Shown piece by piece: positions 17,559 to 27,162 of a DNA stretch of 32,000 nt. The DNA comes from an uncultured delta proteobacterium (GTDB lineage: Bacteria; Desulfobacterota; Syntrophorhabdia; Syntrophorhabdales; WCHB1-27). The notes under the pieces were generated by a model, which did not search any database, was not told the origin of the DNA, and saw only the letters and a list, made by a program, of their open reading frames with translations. Each line of letters starts with the position of its first letter. Position 1 is the stretch's first letter. Made by a program: the position numbers and the translations under genes. Location: contig CAWFMJ010000027.1 of the NCBI GenBank assembly GCA_963816715.1, positions 43,173-75,172 of the forward strand. Reading direction: 5' to 3'.

Positions 17559-18500
17559 CTATTTCCAGTGCGTGCCCGAGTACTTCCGCGCCGGCCCTGC
17601 GGTGAAGACCAGCGTGGGCTTCTTTATGCCGAGGAATTTCCACGGGCAGTGTTTCACGCCTCCCGGCACGCATATAAAACTGCTTTCGGTAATAGTGTGA
17701 ATCTCGCCATCGAGGGCGATGCTCATCGGACCGCCGAGGTCGCGCGGATGCTTGGGGTCGGAGCCAACCATGCCGATCAGTTCTTCCCAGTCGTGGCTGT
17801 GCTCCGGCTCCGGCACAGTGCCTGAACCTTCGTAAATCCAGAGGAATTCCGTATAGAAAGCGCCCTCCACGACGTCCTCGTCAAGGTAGAAAACGCGGGT
17901 GGACTTTATGGTATTGTCAGGAGACCGCGGCGGGGGCGGAGCGTCGCTGTCTCCGGGGTGAACGTAGAAATTCTGCTTGAACTCGGTAATGATCGTATAG
18001 TCAGACAACTTGCTAGTGCTCGGCCCGGGTTCGTCTGCCTCCCCCCGTAAATTCGTCCGGGTGTACGTCGCGTTCGGAGCCATCGTAATCAGGAATATCG
18101 GCCTATCTATCCGGCTCAGCAGGATGGGGCAGTGCTTCGTGCCCGCCCGTACGAATATCAGGCTGCTGTTGGTAAGGACTTCCTCTTTATCATCCAGCCA
18201 GATGCTGACTTTGCCCCCCAGGTCGTACGGGTCTTCGGGGTTGGAGCCCATGAACGCGATTACCTCGTCGAAGTCGTGGAAGTGGGACTCCTCCATGGGA
18301 TATTGCGACTCCCCGCTCCAAAACCAGACGCAATCCGCGTAAAAGAAGTCTTTTACTATTTCGTCGTTCACGGAGAGTAAGTGGGTCGACTGAATAGCAG
18401 ACATCTCCCTAGCGTGTTCCGCCATGCGTTGCTCATCGATTCCCGGCGGGAGCTTGCTCGGTTTGGTAATGATATATTTTGAAGTCTTCAGGTCAGCCAT
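17559..18500 (-). CDS. Two-domain cupin protein (bicupin)
   Basis: Two cupin-like halves: ESHFHDFDEVIAFMGSNPEDPYDLGGKVSIWLDDKEEVLTNSSLIFVRAGTKHCPILL and PEHSHDWEELIGMVGSDPKHPRDLGGPMSIALDGEIHTITESSFICVPGGVKHCPWKF. Confidence 0.85.
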   Translation of the reverse strand: MADLKTSKYIITKPSKLPPGIDEQRMAEHAREMSAIQSTHLLSVNDEIVKDFFYADCVWFWSGESQYPMEESHFHDFDEVIAFMGSNPEDPYDLGGKVSIWLDDKEEVLTNSSLIFVRAGTKHCPILLSRIDRPIFLITMAPNATYTRTNLRGEADEPGPSTSKLSDYTIITEFKQNFYVHPGDSDAPPPPRSPDNTIKSTRVFYLDEDVVEGAFYTEFLWIYEGSGTVPEPEHSHDWEELIGMVGSDPKHPRDLGGPMSIALDGEIHTITESSFICVPGGVKHCPWKFLGIKKPTLVFTAGPARKYSGTHWK

Positions 18501-18605
18501 TTTTTTACCCCCTTTCTTGAACTAGCGGGAAAGACCGCCAACTTGAGATCGGTTTACCTGCGCCGGTATGACCGAAAAAGAGACATGAACCGTTTTTCAC
18601 GGGTC

Positions 18606-19490
18606 CTATGCTTTCCCTATATCTTTTTCCGACATTTTCCAGAAGATTTCTTCCATTTCGGAAGTCAGTTGAGGCATCCCCTCTGTTTGGGCCTCCCTGA
18701 TCCGTAGGTCATATGCTCTTTCGAGCTCCGGCAGGAGGGCTTTCACCGCCGGGGAATCCTCTACCTTTTCGCCGATGAGCTTGCGCTGTTCCAGAGCCTT
18801 TTCAAAATCTTCCTTGCCCAGAGGAATATCATAAAGCAGGTTAAGCGCTTCCATGAGCCTGACCTTTCCCTGGTAATCTTCCTCCAGGGCGACGTAGTGC
18901 GGCAGAGAAACAATGAGGACAACGGACGCGATCCCTGCTTCCCCAGCTTTCTCCGTGATCAGGTGCGTCATGCTCGATGGACCGTGATACTTGCTCCGCA
19001 GGGCGCCTGCCTTTCTTACATCCTGGCGCGCTTCTTTTCCTATTCCGGATCCGCTGACAAGCAATGGTTTCGTATGGGGCGTCATGTCGTGCATGCTCCC
19101 TATCAGTATATATTTCCTTGCCTGCACGGCCTTGAGGAACTTTAAGACGGAATCGGTGTACAACTCCGAATTTGCGTGAGGCTCCAGGAGATGGAGCAGA
19201 ATGATATCGTTGCGCCCCTCCCGTTTGGCGTAGTGAATCGATGTATTAGGAATGGAGAAACCGCGGATGCCGCCTTCGAGATGAATGACGGGCCGGTACC
19301 GTGTGAAGTCATAAAAGCGGCCCGGCGTGGACAGTTGCCCCAATTCAGCGGCGCCCAATCGGGCCTCCACCTCGTTCAGGACCATACTTCCAACGCTGTT
19401 CACATCGATCCAGGGTTTCAGGCAAGCCAGAACGTAGGGCTCGTTGAACTCCGGAACGGGGTCGTGCAATTGGAAACAACCTATCCTCAT
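18606..19490 (-). CDS. PAC2-family-like protein (proteasome assembly chaperone-like fold)
   Basis: Pattern GSMVLNEVEARL...KYILIGSMHDMTPHTKP...AGIASVVLIVSLPHYVALEEDYQGKVRLMEALNLLYDIPL is consistent with the PAC2 family. Confidence 0.65.
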   Translation of the reverse strand: MRIGCFQLHDPVPEFNEPYVLACLKPWIDVNSVGSMVLNEVEARLGAAELGQLSTPGRFYDFTRYRPVIHLEGGIRGFSIPNTSIHYAKREGRNDIILLHLLEPHANSELYTDSVLKFLKAVQARKYILIGSMHDMTPHTKPLLVSGSGIGKEARQDVRKAGALRSKYHGPSSMTHLITEKAGEAGIASVVLIVSLPHYVALEEDYQGKVRLMEALNLLYDIPLGKEDFEKALEQRKLIGEKVEDSPAVKALLPELERAYDLRIREAQTEGMPQLTSEMEEIFWKMSEKDIGKA

Positions 19491-19860
19491 GATGTACCCC
19501 CTGTCGCGTTAGCTCACTCGGCGCTGAGAACGCGACACTCATAATTCTATCATTCCACGACCGGCTCGACAACAACAAGCGACTGCCGGAAAAGCCCTTC
19601 GGATAATTATCCCCATACCAGATGGTTCTCGTAAAAGGAAATGCTCACGGGAAAGAACGATATGTGGCATAAAAGACAATAATTCGTTTCGTATCTCGAA
19701 GGTGCTGCCGGAACATGGCCCGGAAATTGACTTCCCGGCCCTCCGGTAGCGGTACGATAGTTGCATGGAAGCAGTCGGATGGATTAAGCCTCGTTCGCAA
19801 AAAGAGGCTGGAAAACGAGCAAACAATACTGCGCGTACTCAAGAACAGGGAGGACAAAAC

Positions 19861-21429
19861 ATGGGAATAGGAACTTATCAGGCGTACAAAGAGCGGCTAT
19901 TGAAGATGAAGCCGAACGTGTATATCAACGGCAAGAAGGTCGACCGATCGGGCGACTGGATCGACGGCGGCTGCTATGTGATGAAGCAAACCTACGATTA
20001 TGCCAATGATCCCGAATACCAGGATGTCTGTACGGCCGTATCTCATCTGACCGGCGAGAAGATCAACCGTTTCACCCACGTTCACCGGTCGAAGGAAGAC
20101 CTGCTCAACAAGCAGATGATGACGAGGCTGCTCTGTCATCGCGTCGGCGGCTGCACCCAGCGTTGCATGGGCACGGACGCAATCAATGCCCTCGACGTTG
20201 TCACCTATGACATAGACCAGGCGTGCGGCACCAAATACCACGAACGTTTCGAAAAGTATCTCCTGTATTCTCAAAAATATGACCTTGTCGCAAACTGCGC
20301 ACAGACAGACGTCAAAGGGTCCCGCAACCCCAAGTACAAGAGAGCCCATATGCAGCCCGATCCGGACCAGTTTGTCCACATAGTGAAGACAAACGTCGAC
20401 GGCATCGGCCTCGATGGAAAACCATGCAAGGGCATCATCGTCCGCGGCGCGAAGATCTGCAACTCCAACGCCCCCTATGTCGATGAAATAATCGTTAACC
20501 CGACCAAGCTCATGGGCAGAGGCGACGAGGGCTACGCCGTATCCTTTGCGTTGCCGGCCGACTGGGACGGCTTGAAGCTGATGGCCCTTCCGGGGAAACA
20601 TCACAAGAGGACGCACATCACGGCCCCCTTTTCCAATGTCGGCGACGTGGAATCCCTGACTATCTTCGACGATGTATTCGTGCCCGAGGAAAGGGTCTTC
20701 ATGAATGGTTACGATCATCCCGACGTGGTTCAGTACGCAGGCTATCTTGCCCTCATGTTTGCCCATTTTCACCGTCATTCCTATACCGGCTGCAAGACCG
20801 CCGTCTCCGAGGTTATCGCGGCCCAGGCAGCCCTCGTTGCCGACGTGAACGACATCGCGCAGGAACACCACGTCCGTGAAAAACTCTGCGAGATCATCAG
20901 CACCGCGGAACTGGTGTTCGCTGCCGGGCAGGCCTCAGCTTTTCGTGCGGTGGAGTTTCCCAATGGTTCATGGGTGCCGGACGAGGTGCTCACTAACGCG
21001 GGACGAAGGCTTGCCGGCCACAAGATCTACGAGGAATATGCAACACTGGCAGACCTGACGGGCGGCATTTGCGCGTCGCTTCCCACGGAAGAAAGCTACT
21101 ACGCTCCGGAAACGGCCGAGCTGTGCAACAAGTACATCATACGAAACCCCGCATATACCGCCGAAGAGACCCACAGAGTCATGCGCATGATGGAAAACAA
21201 GCTCTGCGATCCTTTTGAGGGCGCTCAGGCGGTCGCAGGCATGCACGGCGGCGGCTCTCCCCTCATGGAGACCATCACCATGATGAGCCGGTATGACCTC
21301 GAGCCGCTGAAGAACATCGCGAAGTTCCTCGCCGGTTTCAAGGATGCGAAGCTCCCCCGGTACGAACGTCCCACCGCGACGCCGAGGGCTATGCTCGACA
21401 AGTTTAAGAAGCTGGAAAAGAAGGACTAA
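19861..21429 (+). CDS. 4-hydroxybutyryl-CoA dehydratase / vinylacetyl-CoA isomerase-like protein (AbfD/HpaB superfamily)
   Basis: Motifs CTQRCMGTDAINAL, GTKYHERFEKYL, DVKGSR, FHRHSYTGCKTAVSEV and FEGAQAVAGMHGGGSP. The Cys-x3-Cys and His-x6-Cys spacings match the 4Fe-4S ligands of AbfD. Start revised from 19765 to the ATG at 19861, preceded by GGGAGG. Confidence 0.88.
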   Translation: MGIGTYQAYKERLLKMKPNVYINGKKVDRSGDWIDGGCYVMKQTYDYANDPEYQDVCTAVSHLTGEKINRFTHVHRSKEDLLNKQMMTRLLCHRVGGCTQRCMGTDAINALDVVTYDIDQACGTKYHERFEKYLLYSQKYDLVANCAQTDVKGSRNPKYKRAHMQPDPDQFVHIVKTNVDGIGLDGKPCKGIIVRGAKICNSNAPYVDEIIVNPTKLMGRGDEGYAVSFALPADWDGLKLMALPGKHHKRTHITAPFSNVGDVESLTIFDDVFVPEERVFMNGYDHPDVVQYAGYLALMFAHFHRHSYTGCKTAVSEVIAAQAALVADVNDIAQEHHVREKLCEIISTAELVFAAGQASAFRAVEFPNGSWVPDEVLTNAGRRLAGHKIYEEYATLADLTGGICASLPTEESYYAPETAELCNKYIIRNPAYTAEETHRVMRMMENKLCDPFEGAQAVAGMHGGGSPLMETITMMSRYDLEPLKNIAKFLAGFKDAKLPRYERPTATPRAMLDKFKKLEKKD

Positions 21430-21476
21430 CCGCTTCATAGACCCTTCGGCCTTCGGAAAATTCAAAATCTTGGTCC

Positions 21477-21516
21477 AAATCGGACCCATCGGGTAAACTC
21501 CGAATGGGTCCGATTT
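21477..21516 (+). terminator. Strong hairpin downstream of the AbfD-like gene, probable terminator
   Basis: AAATCGGACCCAT (21477-21489) pairs with ATGGGTCCGATTT (21504-21516), 13 bp, with an additional inner CGG/CCG. It starts 47 nt after the stop codon at 21429. Confidence 0.7.
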
Positions 21517-21587
21517 ACGTTGTCCGGTGACGCCATTGAGGATTCTTCTTTGATGCTTCACTAGAGTCCAACACGCACAAAGGGAGC

Positions 21588-22157
21588 CTAGAGTCGTGGT
21601 TTGCAGATGATTTCTCTGATTTTTGTGTTGAAGAATGTATGCGTATTGGCGGCTGTCAAGACCAAGGCGGCGTCCGCTCCTCCCGCAGAGCCTGCGATCG
21701 CGACGACGTCCTCATTTGTTCTGATTAAACCTGCATCCGCGGCCATACAGGTGATTTCACAGGAGACTTTCACGCCTTGTCCGAATAGTCTGAGGACATG
21801 GGCGATAATCTCGTCAACCTGAATTGTGTTGAATCTGTTGTTTACGGCCCTGCCCAGACCGCCGAAGGAGTGGGCCGCGTGGAGTATCCTGCCGCCGTTC
21901 CGCTCGATCGCAGTGCGGTTTTCAGCCAGAAGCATGGTTGTGTTCGGTTCCTTGAATCCGACCACCCCAGCCACTACGATCAGGTTGACGCCTTTGAACA
22001 TTTCTGAGGCTTTAGCCCCGGTAAGACCGCTGTAGGAGGCTACGATGATATTCTTGACGCCCAGTTGTTCGGCTCTCTCCTTCGCGAGTTTAAGGGTCGC
22101 GTCGGTGTTCCTGCTTCCGGGATGCTCGAAATAAGTGGTTTTACACGCTACATCCAT
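21588..22157 (-). CDS. Stand-alone pyruvate kinase C-terminal (alpha/beta) domain-like protein
   Basis: TLKLAKERAEQLGVKNIIVASYSGLTGAKASEMFKGVNLIVVAGVVGFKEP...NRTAIERNGGRILHAAHSFGGLGRAVNNRF resembles PK_C-like stand-alone proteins. No pyruvate kinase catalytic barrel is present. Confidence 0.8.
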   Translation of the reverse strand: MDVACKTTYFEHPGSRNTDATLKLAKERAEQLGVKNIIVASYSGLTGAKASEMFKGVNLIVVAGVVGFKEPNTTMLLAENRTAIERNGGRILHAAHSFGGLGRAVNNRFNTIQVDEIIAHVLRLFGQGVKVSCEITCMAADAGLIRTNEDVVAIAGSAGGADAALVLTAANTHTFFNTKIREIICKPRL

Positions 22158-22291
22158 GTGTTGATCCTTCTGATGTTCTGTATGGCCTCCATCGACTTCT
22201 GTGTGCTTCCCGCGACGTAGAGGCGCGGCACGCAGCGCTGCCGGCCGCTGAGTTTCGCCGCCTTCTCGAACTCTTTGCCGCTTTCTTTCAT
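22148..22291 (-). pseudogene. Truncated kaiB remnant (kaiB4, 47 aa), absent from the supplied ORF track
   Basis: Manual translation: [47 protein letters not shown]. The segment RLYVAGSTQKSMEAIQNIRRI aligns to the N-terminus of the neighbouring KaiBs. Its ATG overlaps the kaiB3 stop (ATGA) and its 3' end overlaps the start of the 21588..22157 ORF. Confidence 0.8.
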
Positions 22292-22617
22292 GCCGTCCCC
22301 TTGCCCTTCACGCGCAGGTCGAGTCCCACCAGGACGCGCTCCGTGTTCGACAGATCGCCGATGATCTTGCGCACCGGCTCGGGGAGCTTCCTCACGAGGG
22401 TGGGAATGGCGAGGATCTGGTCGCCCTTGGCGAGGGTGGGGTTTTCTAAAAGGTCGATCACCTCGATGCGATACTTCCCTTTCAGGTGCTCCTCGCAGAG
22501 CTTCTTCAGGTTAGAAAAGGCAACGAGGGACTTCGGCGTTTGACCGGCGACGTAGAGGCGAAGCTCCCAGAACTCTTCGCCTGAGGCTGCTTTCCTGATC
22601 ACGCGCTCCTCCTTCAT
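22288..22617 (-). CDS. kaiB: KaiB-domain protein (kaiB3)
   Basis: [84 protein letters not shown], classical KaiB pattern. Confidence 0.94.
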   Translation of the reverse strand: MKEERVIRKAASGEEFWELRLYVAGQTPKSLVAFSNLKKLCEEHLKGKYRIEVIDLLENPTLAKGDQILAIPTLVRKLPEPVRKIIGDLSNTERVLVGLDLRVKGKGTA

Positions 22618-24317
22618 GTCGTCCCGTCAGCCTGCCGGCGGCGAGCCATCTCCTTGCGCTGCTCGTTGAGCGCTGATCGGCGGCGCTCCACCTGCTGGGC
22701 GAGTTTGCGCATCTCTTCCTCGTCCGCCTCGATGCCTGCCCGTATCGCGGCGATCTGCGCTTCCGCCAAAAGCCGCTTCCGCTCCAGCTCCCGCTTCCTG
22801 CGGTCCGTTTCTTCTTTCAGGTCCTCCTCTGCCATGCGCTCTTTCGCCTCCTGGGCGGCGCGGGCAGAACCGGTAAGCACGCCTGAAGGGCCGAGGTAGA
22901 CGTCCTGGAGCTCGATGCCAGAATCGGTGAGGAGGAACTCGCGTATCTGGTTGGAGTGCGCAATGCCGCGGGCTTTCAGGATCATGAGGCCCCGGTTGCG
23001 CTCGCCGCTCGACTCCAGGTCGCGCAGCACCATCCACGCGTCCATGAGCGAGGAGATGCCCACCTCTGTTCGTTCGAGACTTTCGCCTCCGGCAGTGAGG
23101 CTCGTGAACAGGGCGGTTATGCGCTCCGCTTTTAAGTAATCGATGAGACGAGTGAGCATCGATTTCACTTCCTGCTCGTTGCCGACGCTGATCAGGTTGG
23201 TGATGGGATCGAGGATGACGACGCTCGGCTTGAAGGCCTCGACGGTCCGGTGAATGTGGGCGAGGTGCGTCTCGAGCCCGAAGACCGTCGGGCGGGAGGC
23301 TTCAAAAAGAAGAAGGCCTTTGTCGATGCAGGGCTGGAGGTCGATGCCGATCGACCGCATGTTGCGGACGATCTGGCTTTGGGATTCCTCGAAGGCGAAG
23401 TAGACGGTCTTCTCTTTGCGCTCGCAGGCCGATTTCGCGAAGGCGGCGGCGACGCTCGATTTGCCCGTGCCCGCCGTGCCGGACAGGAGGATGGTGCTTC
23501 CCCGGTAGTGCCCCGCGCCTGCGAACATTGCATCGAGCCGGGGGATGCCGGTGGAGATGCGTTCTTTCGAGGCCGTGTGTTTCAGGCCGAGCGAGGTGAT
23601 AGGCAGCACGCTGATGCCGCGTTCCCCGATGAGGAAAGGGTACTCGTTGGCGCCGTGGGAGGAGCCGCGGTATTTCATGACGCGCAGGCGCCGGGTCGAG
23701 AGCTGCTCGGCGACGCGGTGGTCGAGGATGATCACGCAGTCGGCGACGTACTCTTCGAGACCGTGGCGGGTTACCTTATCGACGCCCCGCTCGCCGGTGA
23801 TGACGGCAGTGACCCCTTTCTGCTTCAGCCAGCGGAAGAGGCGCCGCAGCTCGGCCCGCAGGATCGCCTCGTTGGGGAGGCTGGCGAAGAGCACTTCGAT
23901 GGTGTCGAGGACGACGCGCTTTGCCTTGATCGAATCGATGGCGTGGCCGAGCCTGACGAAGAGGCCTTCCAGGTCGTATTCGCCCGTCTCCTCAATCTCG
24001 CTCCGCTCGATGTAGACGTAGTCGATGGAAATCTTCTTCTCTTTGGTCAGCTTCGCCAGATCGAACCCTAAGGACTTGACGTTCTTGGTCAAGTCTTCGG
24101 CGGTCTCCTCGAAGGCCATGAAGACGCCCGGCTCATTGAAGGCTTCGGCGCCGTGGACGAGGAACTCCATCGCCAAAAGCGTCTTGCCCGCGCCCGGTCC
24201 GCCGGCCACGAGGGTGGGGCGGCCTTTCGGCAGACCGCCGCCGGTGATCTCGTCAAGGCCTTTGACGCCTGTGGGCGCCTTCGGCAGCGCGCCGGGGTCT
24301 GAGAGCTTCCTTGCCAT
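22614..24317 (-). CDS. kaiC: KaiC-family double ATPase (kaiC2) with C-terminal charged coiled-coil-like extension
   Basis: Two P-loops ([15 protein letters not shown] and [19 protein letters not shown]), tandem catalytic Glu motifs (MAFEETAED and FAFEESQSQ) and R-rich C-terminal tail. AAGGAGG precedes the ATG. Confidence 0.95.
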   Translation of the reverse strand: MARKLSDPGALPKAPTGVKGLDEITGGGLPKGRPTLVAGGPGAGKTLLAMEFLVHGAEAFNEPGVFMAFEETAEDLTKNVKSLGFDLAKLTKEKKISIDYVYIERSEIEETGEYDLEGLFVRLGHAIDSIKAKRVVLDTIEVLFASLPNEAILRAELRRLFRWLKQKGVTAVITGERGVDKVTRHGLEEYVADCVIILDHRVAEQLSTRRLRVMKYRGSSHGANEYPFLIGERGISVLPITSLGLKHTASKERISTGIPRLDAMFAGAGHYRGSTILLSGTAGTGKSSVAAAFAKSACERKEKTVYFAFEESQSQIVRNMRSIGIDLQPCIDKGLLLFEASRPTVFGLETHLAHIHRTVEAFKPSVVILDPITNLISVGNEQEVKSMLTRLIDYLKAERITALFTSLTAGGESLERTEVGISSLMDAWMVLRDLESSGERNRGLMILKARGIAHSNQIREFLLTDSGIELQDVYLGPSGVLTGSARAAQEAKERMAEEDLKEETDRRKRELERKRLLAEAQIAAIRAGIEADEEEMRKLAQQVERRRSALNEQRKEMARRRQADGTT

Positions 24318-24519
24318 GCCTCAACTCCTCCTTGCCGCGGCGATGTCGACCGGAAAGAAATGGCGCGCTTGCCTGTTTCTGCGGACCGGTCTCGAAGGTT
24401 CGTTCACCTCGTCCTTCCCGGAAAAGCAATTAAGCATGAAGATGGATGCAATAACCGACACTCATTATTCTACGACTGTTGATTTTGGCTGTAAAGCGAT
24501 AAAAGCTGCGCGCGCGTCT

Positions 24520-24936
24520 TCAGACGCCCTCTCGGGCGTCCTTCAGCGCTCCGGCCTGGGGCTTCGGCTGCAGATCGAGCCCTATGAGGATGGTCTCGAT
24601 ATCGGTCATACCGCCGATGAACCGGCGCAAAGGCGGCGGCAGCTTCTTTATCAGCGTAGGCACGGCAACGATTTGTTCCCCCCTGGCGAGGACCGGCTGC
24701 TGATAAATGTCGATCACCTGCAGTTTGTAGCGTCCCTTCAGGTGCTCCTCGCAGATGCGCTTTATGTTGGTGATCGCCTGGTTCGATTTCGCCGACGTCC
24801 CCGCAATGTACAGCTTGAGCACATAGTTTTGCTCCTTGACCCCCTTGGCGGCCCGTTCGGACAGCTCTGGCCCGTTCCCCGGTCCTTCCGTCGCGGACTT
24901 CGGATCAACGCTGTCTTTTCGGCTTCGCTTTGTCAT
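24520..24936 (-). CDS. kaiB: KaiB-domain protein (kaiB2)
   Basis: [85 protein letters not shown]. Overlaps the 3' end of kaiB1 by about 32 nt (exact start uncertain). Confidence 0.93.
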   Translation of the reverse strand: MTKRSRKDSVDPKSATEGPGNGPELSERAAKGVKEQNYVLKLYIAGTSAKSNQAITNIKRICEEHLKGRYKLQVIDIYQQPVLARGEQIVAVPTLIKKLPPPLRRFIGGMTDIETILIGLDLQPKPQAGALKDAREGV

Positions 24937-25261
24937 TCGTCACTTCCAGGGTTAATGGCCGGGGTTTCAGATCGAGACCCACGAGCACGCGCTCCGTGTT
25001 CGACAGGTCTCCTATGACCTTTCTTATGGGGGTCGGCAACTTTCGTACAAGGGTCGGGATGGCGACGATCTGATCGCCCTTCGCCAGAAGCGGCTTTGCC
25101 AGGAGATCGACTACCTCGATGCGGTATCGACCGGCAAGGTTTTCCTCGCAGATCCTCTTGAGGTTCTCGAGTGCGGTCCACGATTTCGGCATCGATCCCG
25201 TCACGTAAAGGCGAAGCTCATAGATCGGGGCCGGCTGTTCCTCTTTTTTTGCGGCCCTCAT
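24905..25261 (-). CDS. kaiB: KaiB-domain protein (kaiB1)
   Basis: [89 protein letters not shown] overlap with the kaiC1 stop. Confidence 0.94.
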   Translation of the reverse strand: MRAAKKEEQPAPIYELRLYVTGSMPKSWTALENLKRICEENLAGRYRIEVVDLLAKPLLAKGDQIVAIPTLVRKLPTPIRKVIGDLSNTERVLVGLDLKPRPLTLEVTNDKAKPKRQR

Positions 25262-26973
25262 GCTTCTGCCTTCGCATCCGCCTGACGGCGGCGCGCCATC
25301 CCCTCCTGTTGCTCCTGGATCGCTCTCGCGCGGTTCTCATCCTGCCGGGCTATCCTCCTCATCTCCTCAACGTCGGCCTCGATGTTTGCCCGTATCGCTG
25401 CTATCTGCGATTCGGCCACGGCCCGTTTCCGCTCTAAATCCCGCCGCTTGCAATCGAGATCATCCTTCGACGCCGCCTCGGCCGCCCTCTCTTTCGCCTC
25501 TTGCTGTGACCGGGCCGAGCCTGTCAGGACCCCTGACGGGCCGAGGTAGACATCCTGGAGCGCAATGCCCTGGTCGGTGAGGATGAACTCCCTGATCTGA
25601 TTCGAGTGGGCCATGCCGCGAGACTTCAGGATCCACAAACCCCGGTTTCGTTCGCCGCTTGACTCGATGTCGCGGAGGACCATCCAGGTATCCATGAGCG
25701 AGGAGATGCCCGCCTCCGTCTGCTCGAGGCTGTCGCCTCCCCGTGTGAGGCTCGTGAAGAGCGTCGTGATGTGCTCGGTCTTCAGGTAATCGATGAGGCG
25801 CGTCAGCATCGACTTCACCTCGTGCTCGCTGCCTACGGTGATGAAATTGGTGATCGGATCGATGAGGACGACGCTCGGTTTGAAGTCTTCGATGGCCCGG
25901 TGTATGCTGGTAAGGTGCGTCTCGAGACCGAACGCCGTTGGGCGGGACGCGTCGAAGCGCAGCAGGCCTTTCCCGACGGAAGGCTTGAGATCGACGCCGA
26001 TCGATTCCATGTTGCGGACGATCTGGCTCTGAGACTCCTCGAAGGCGAAGTAAAGCGTTTTTTCTCCCCGGTCGCACGCCGATTTGGCAAAGGTCGCCGC
26101 CACGCTCGATTTTCCCGTACCTGCCGTCCCCGAAAGGAGTATGGTGCTTCCCCGGTAAAACCCGTCGCCTGCAAACATCGCATCGAGGCGGGGGATGCCC
26201 GTCGATATTCGTTCACGTGAGGCCACGTGCTTCAGACCGAGGGAGGTAACGGGCAGGACGCTGATGCCCTTGTCGCCGATAAGGAAGGGATACTCGTTCG
26301 TGCCGTGGGACGACCCCCGGTACTTGACGATCCGGAGCCGCCTCGTGGAAAGTTGCTCGGTGACGCGATGGTCGAGGACGATCACGCAGTCGGCGACGTA
26401 TTCCTCCAGACCCTGGCGGGTCAGCGTCTCCGTCCCCCGCTCGCCGGTAATGACCGTTGTGACCCCCTTATCCTTGAGCCAGCGAAAGAGGCGCCGCAAT
26501 TCGGCCCTCAGGATCGCTTCGTTGCGCAAACTCGAGAAGAGTACCTCTATCGTGTCGAGGGCCACCCGCTTTGCCTTGATGGAATCGATGGCGTGACCGA
26601 GCCTCACGAAAAGTCCGTCGAGGTTGTATTCCCCCGTCTCCTCGATCTCGCTCCGCTCGATGTAGACGTAATCGACCGACATTTTTTTTTCGCGGCCGAG
26701 CTTCTCAAGATCGAAGCCGAGGGACCTGACGTTCCTGGTCAGCTCCTCTGCCGTCTCTTCGAAGGCTATGAAAACGCCCGGCTCGTTGTAGTCCTGCGCG
26801 CCGTGAACGATAAATTCCATAGCCATAAGAGTCTTGCCCGAGCCCGCTCCGCCGGCGACGAGCGTAGGCCGGCCCTTCGGCAACCCCCCGTTCGTGATCT
26901 CGTCGAGACCCCTGACGCCCGTCAATGCTTTCTCAAGAGCTCTTGAATCGCTTGACGCCTGTCGTGCCGCCAT
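25258..26973 (-). CDS. kaiC: KaiC-family double ATPase (kaiC1) with C-terminal charged coiled-coil-like extension
   Basis: P-loops [15 protein letters not shown] and [19 protein letters not shown], with EE catalytic motifs. Start revised from 27003 to the ATG at 26973, preceded by AGGAGG (AAAGGAGGTTGCGCAATG). Confidence 0.95.
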   Translation of the reverse strand: MAARQASSDSRALEKALTGVRGLDEITNGGLPKGRPTLVAGGAGSGKTLMAMEFIVHGAQDYNEPGVFIAFEETAEELTRNVRSLGFDLEKLGREKKMSVDYVYIERSEIEETGEYNLDGLFVRLGHAIDSIKAKRVALDTIEVLFSSLRNEAILRAELRRLFRWLKDKGVTTVITGERGTETLTRQGLEEYVADCVIVLDHRVTEQLSTRRLRIVKYRGSSHGTNEYPFLIGDKGISVLPVTSLGLKHVASRERISTGIPRLDAMFAGDGFYRGSTILLSGTAGTGKSSVAATFAKSACDRGEKTLYFAFEESQSQIVRNMESIGVDLKPSVGKGLLRFDASRPTAFGLETHLTSIHRAIEDFKPSVVLIDPITNFITVGSEHEVKSMLTRLIDYLKTEHITTLFTSLTRGGDSLEQTEAGISSLMDTWMVLRDIESSGERNRGLWILKSRGMAHSNQIREFILTDQGIALQDVYLGPSGVLTGSARSQQEAKERAAEAASKDDLDCKRRDLERKRAVAESQIAAIRANIEADVEEMRRIARQDENRARAIQEQQEGMARRRQADAKAEA

Positions 26974-27120
26974 TGCGCAACCTCCTTTTTGCAAACCGCG
27001 CAAGATGGTTTAGAGCTCAATGCTTTCGCGGCCCCATAGCCGCACACCGCCGCAACGCCGGGACGGTTTCATCCACGAACAGAGAATTCCTGAGAGGTCT
27101 ATCCCGATCGGTTTGGCCGG

Positions 27121-27152
27121 CCCGCCGCCATGATACGCCGCAAAGCGGCGGG
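27121..27152. repeat. GC-rich inverted repeat with two mutually exclusive pairings, upstream of kaiC1
   Basis: CCCGCCGC (27121-27128)/GCGGCGGG (27145-27152), or the alternative CGCCGC (27136-27141)/GCGGCG (27145-27150). Confidence 0.6.
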
Positions 27153-27162
27153 AGAAGCATTT

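Noticed and set aside
19725-19750. Possible sigma-54 promoter (TGGCCCGGAAATTGAC) upstream of the AbfD-like gene
   Set aside because: The -12 element reads GA rather than GC, and no bacterial enhancer-binding protein gene is nearby, so support is too weak to list.
24523-24540. 7-bp hairpin GACGCCC-TCTC-GGGCGTC at the end of kaiB2
   Set aside because: It lies inside the coding sequence immediately before the stop and has no T-tract. In GC-rich coding DNA this could arise by chance.
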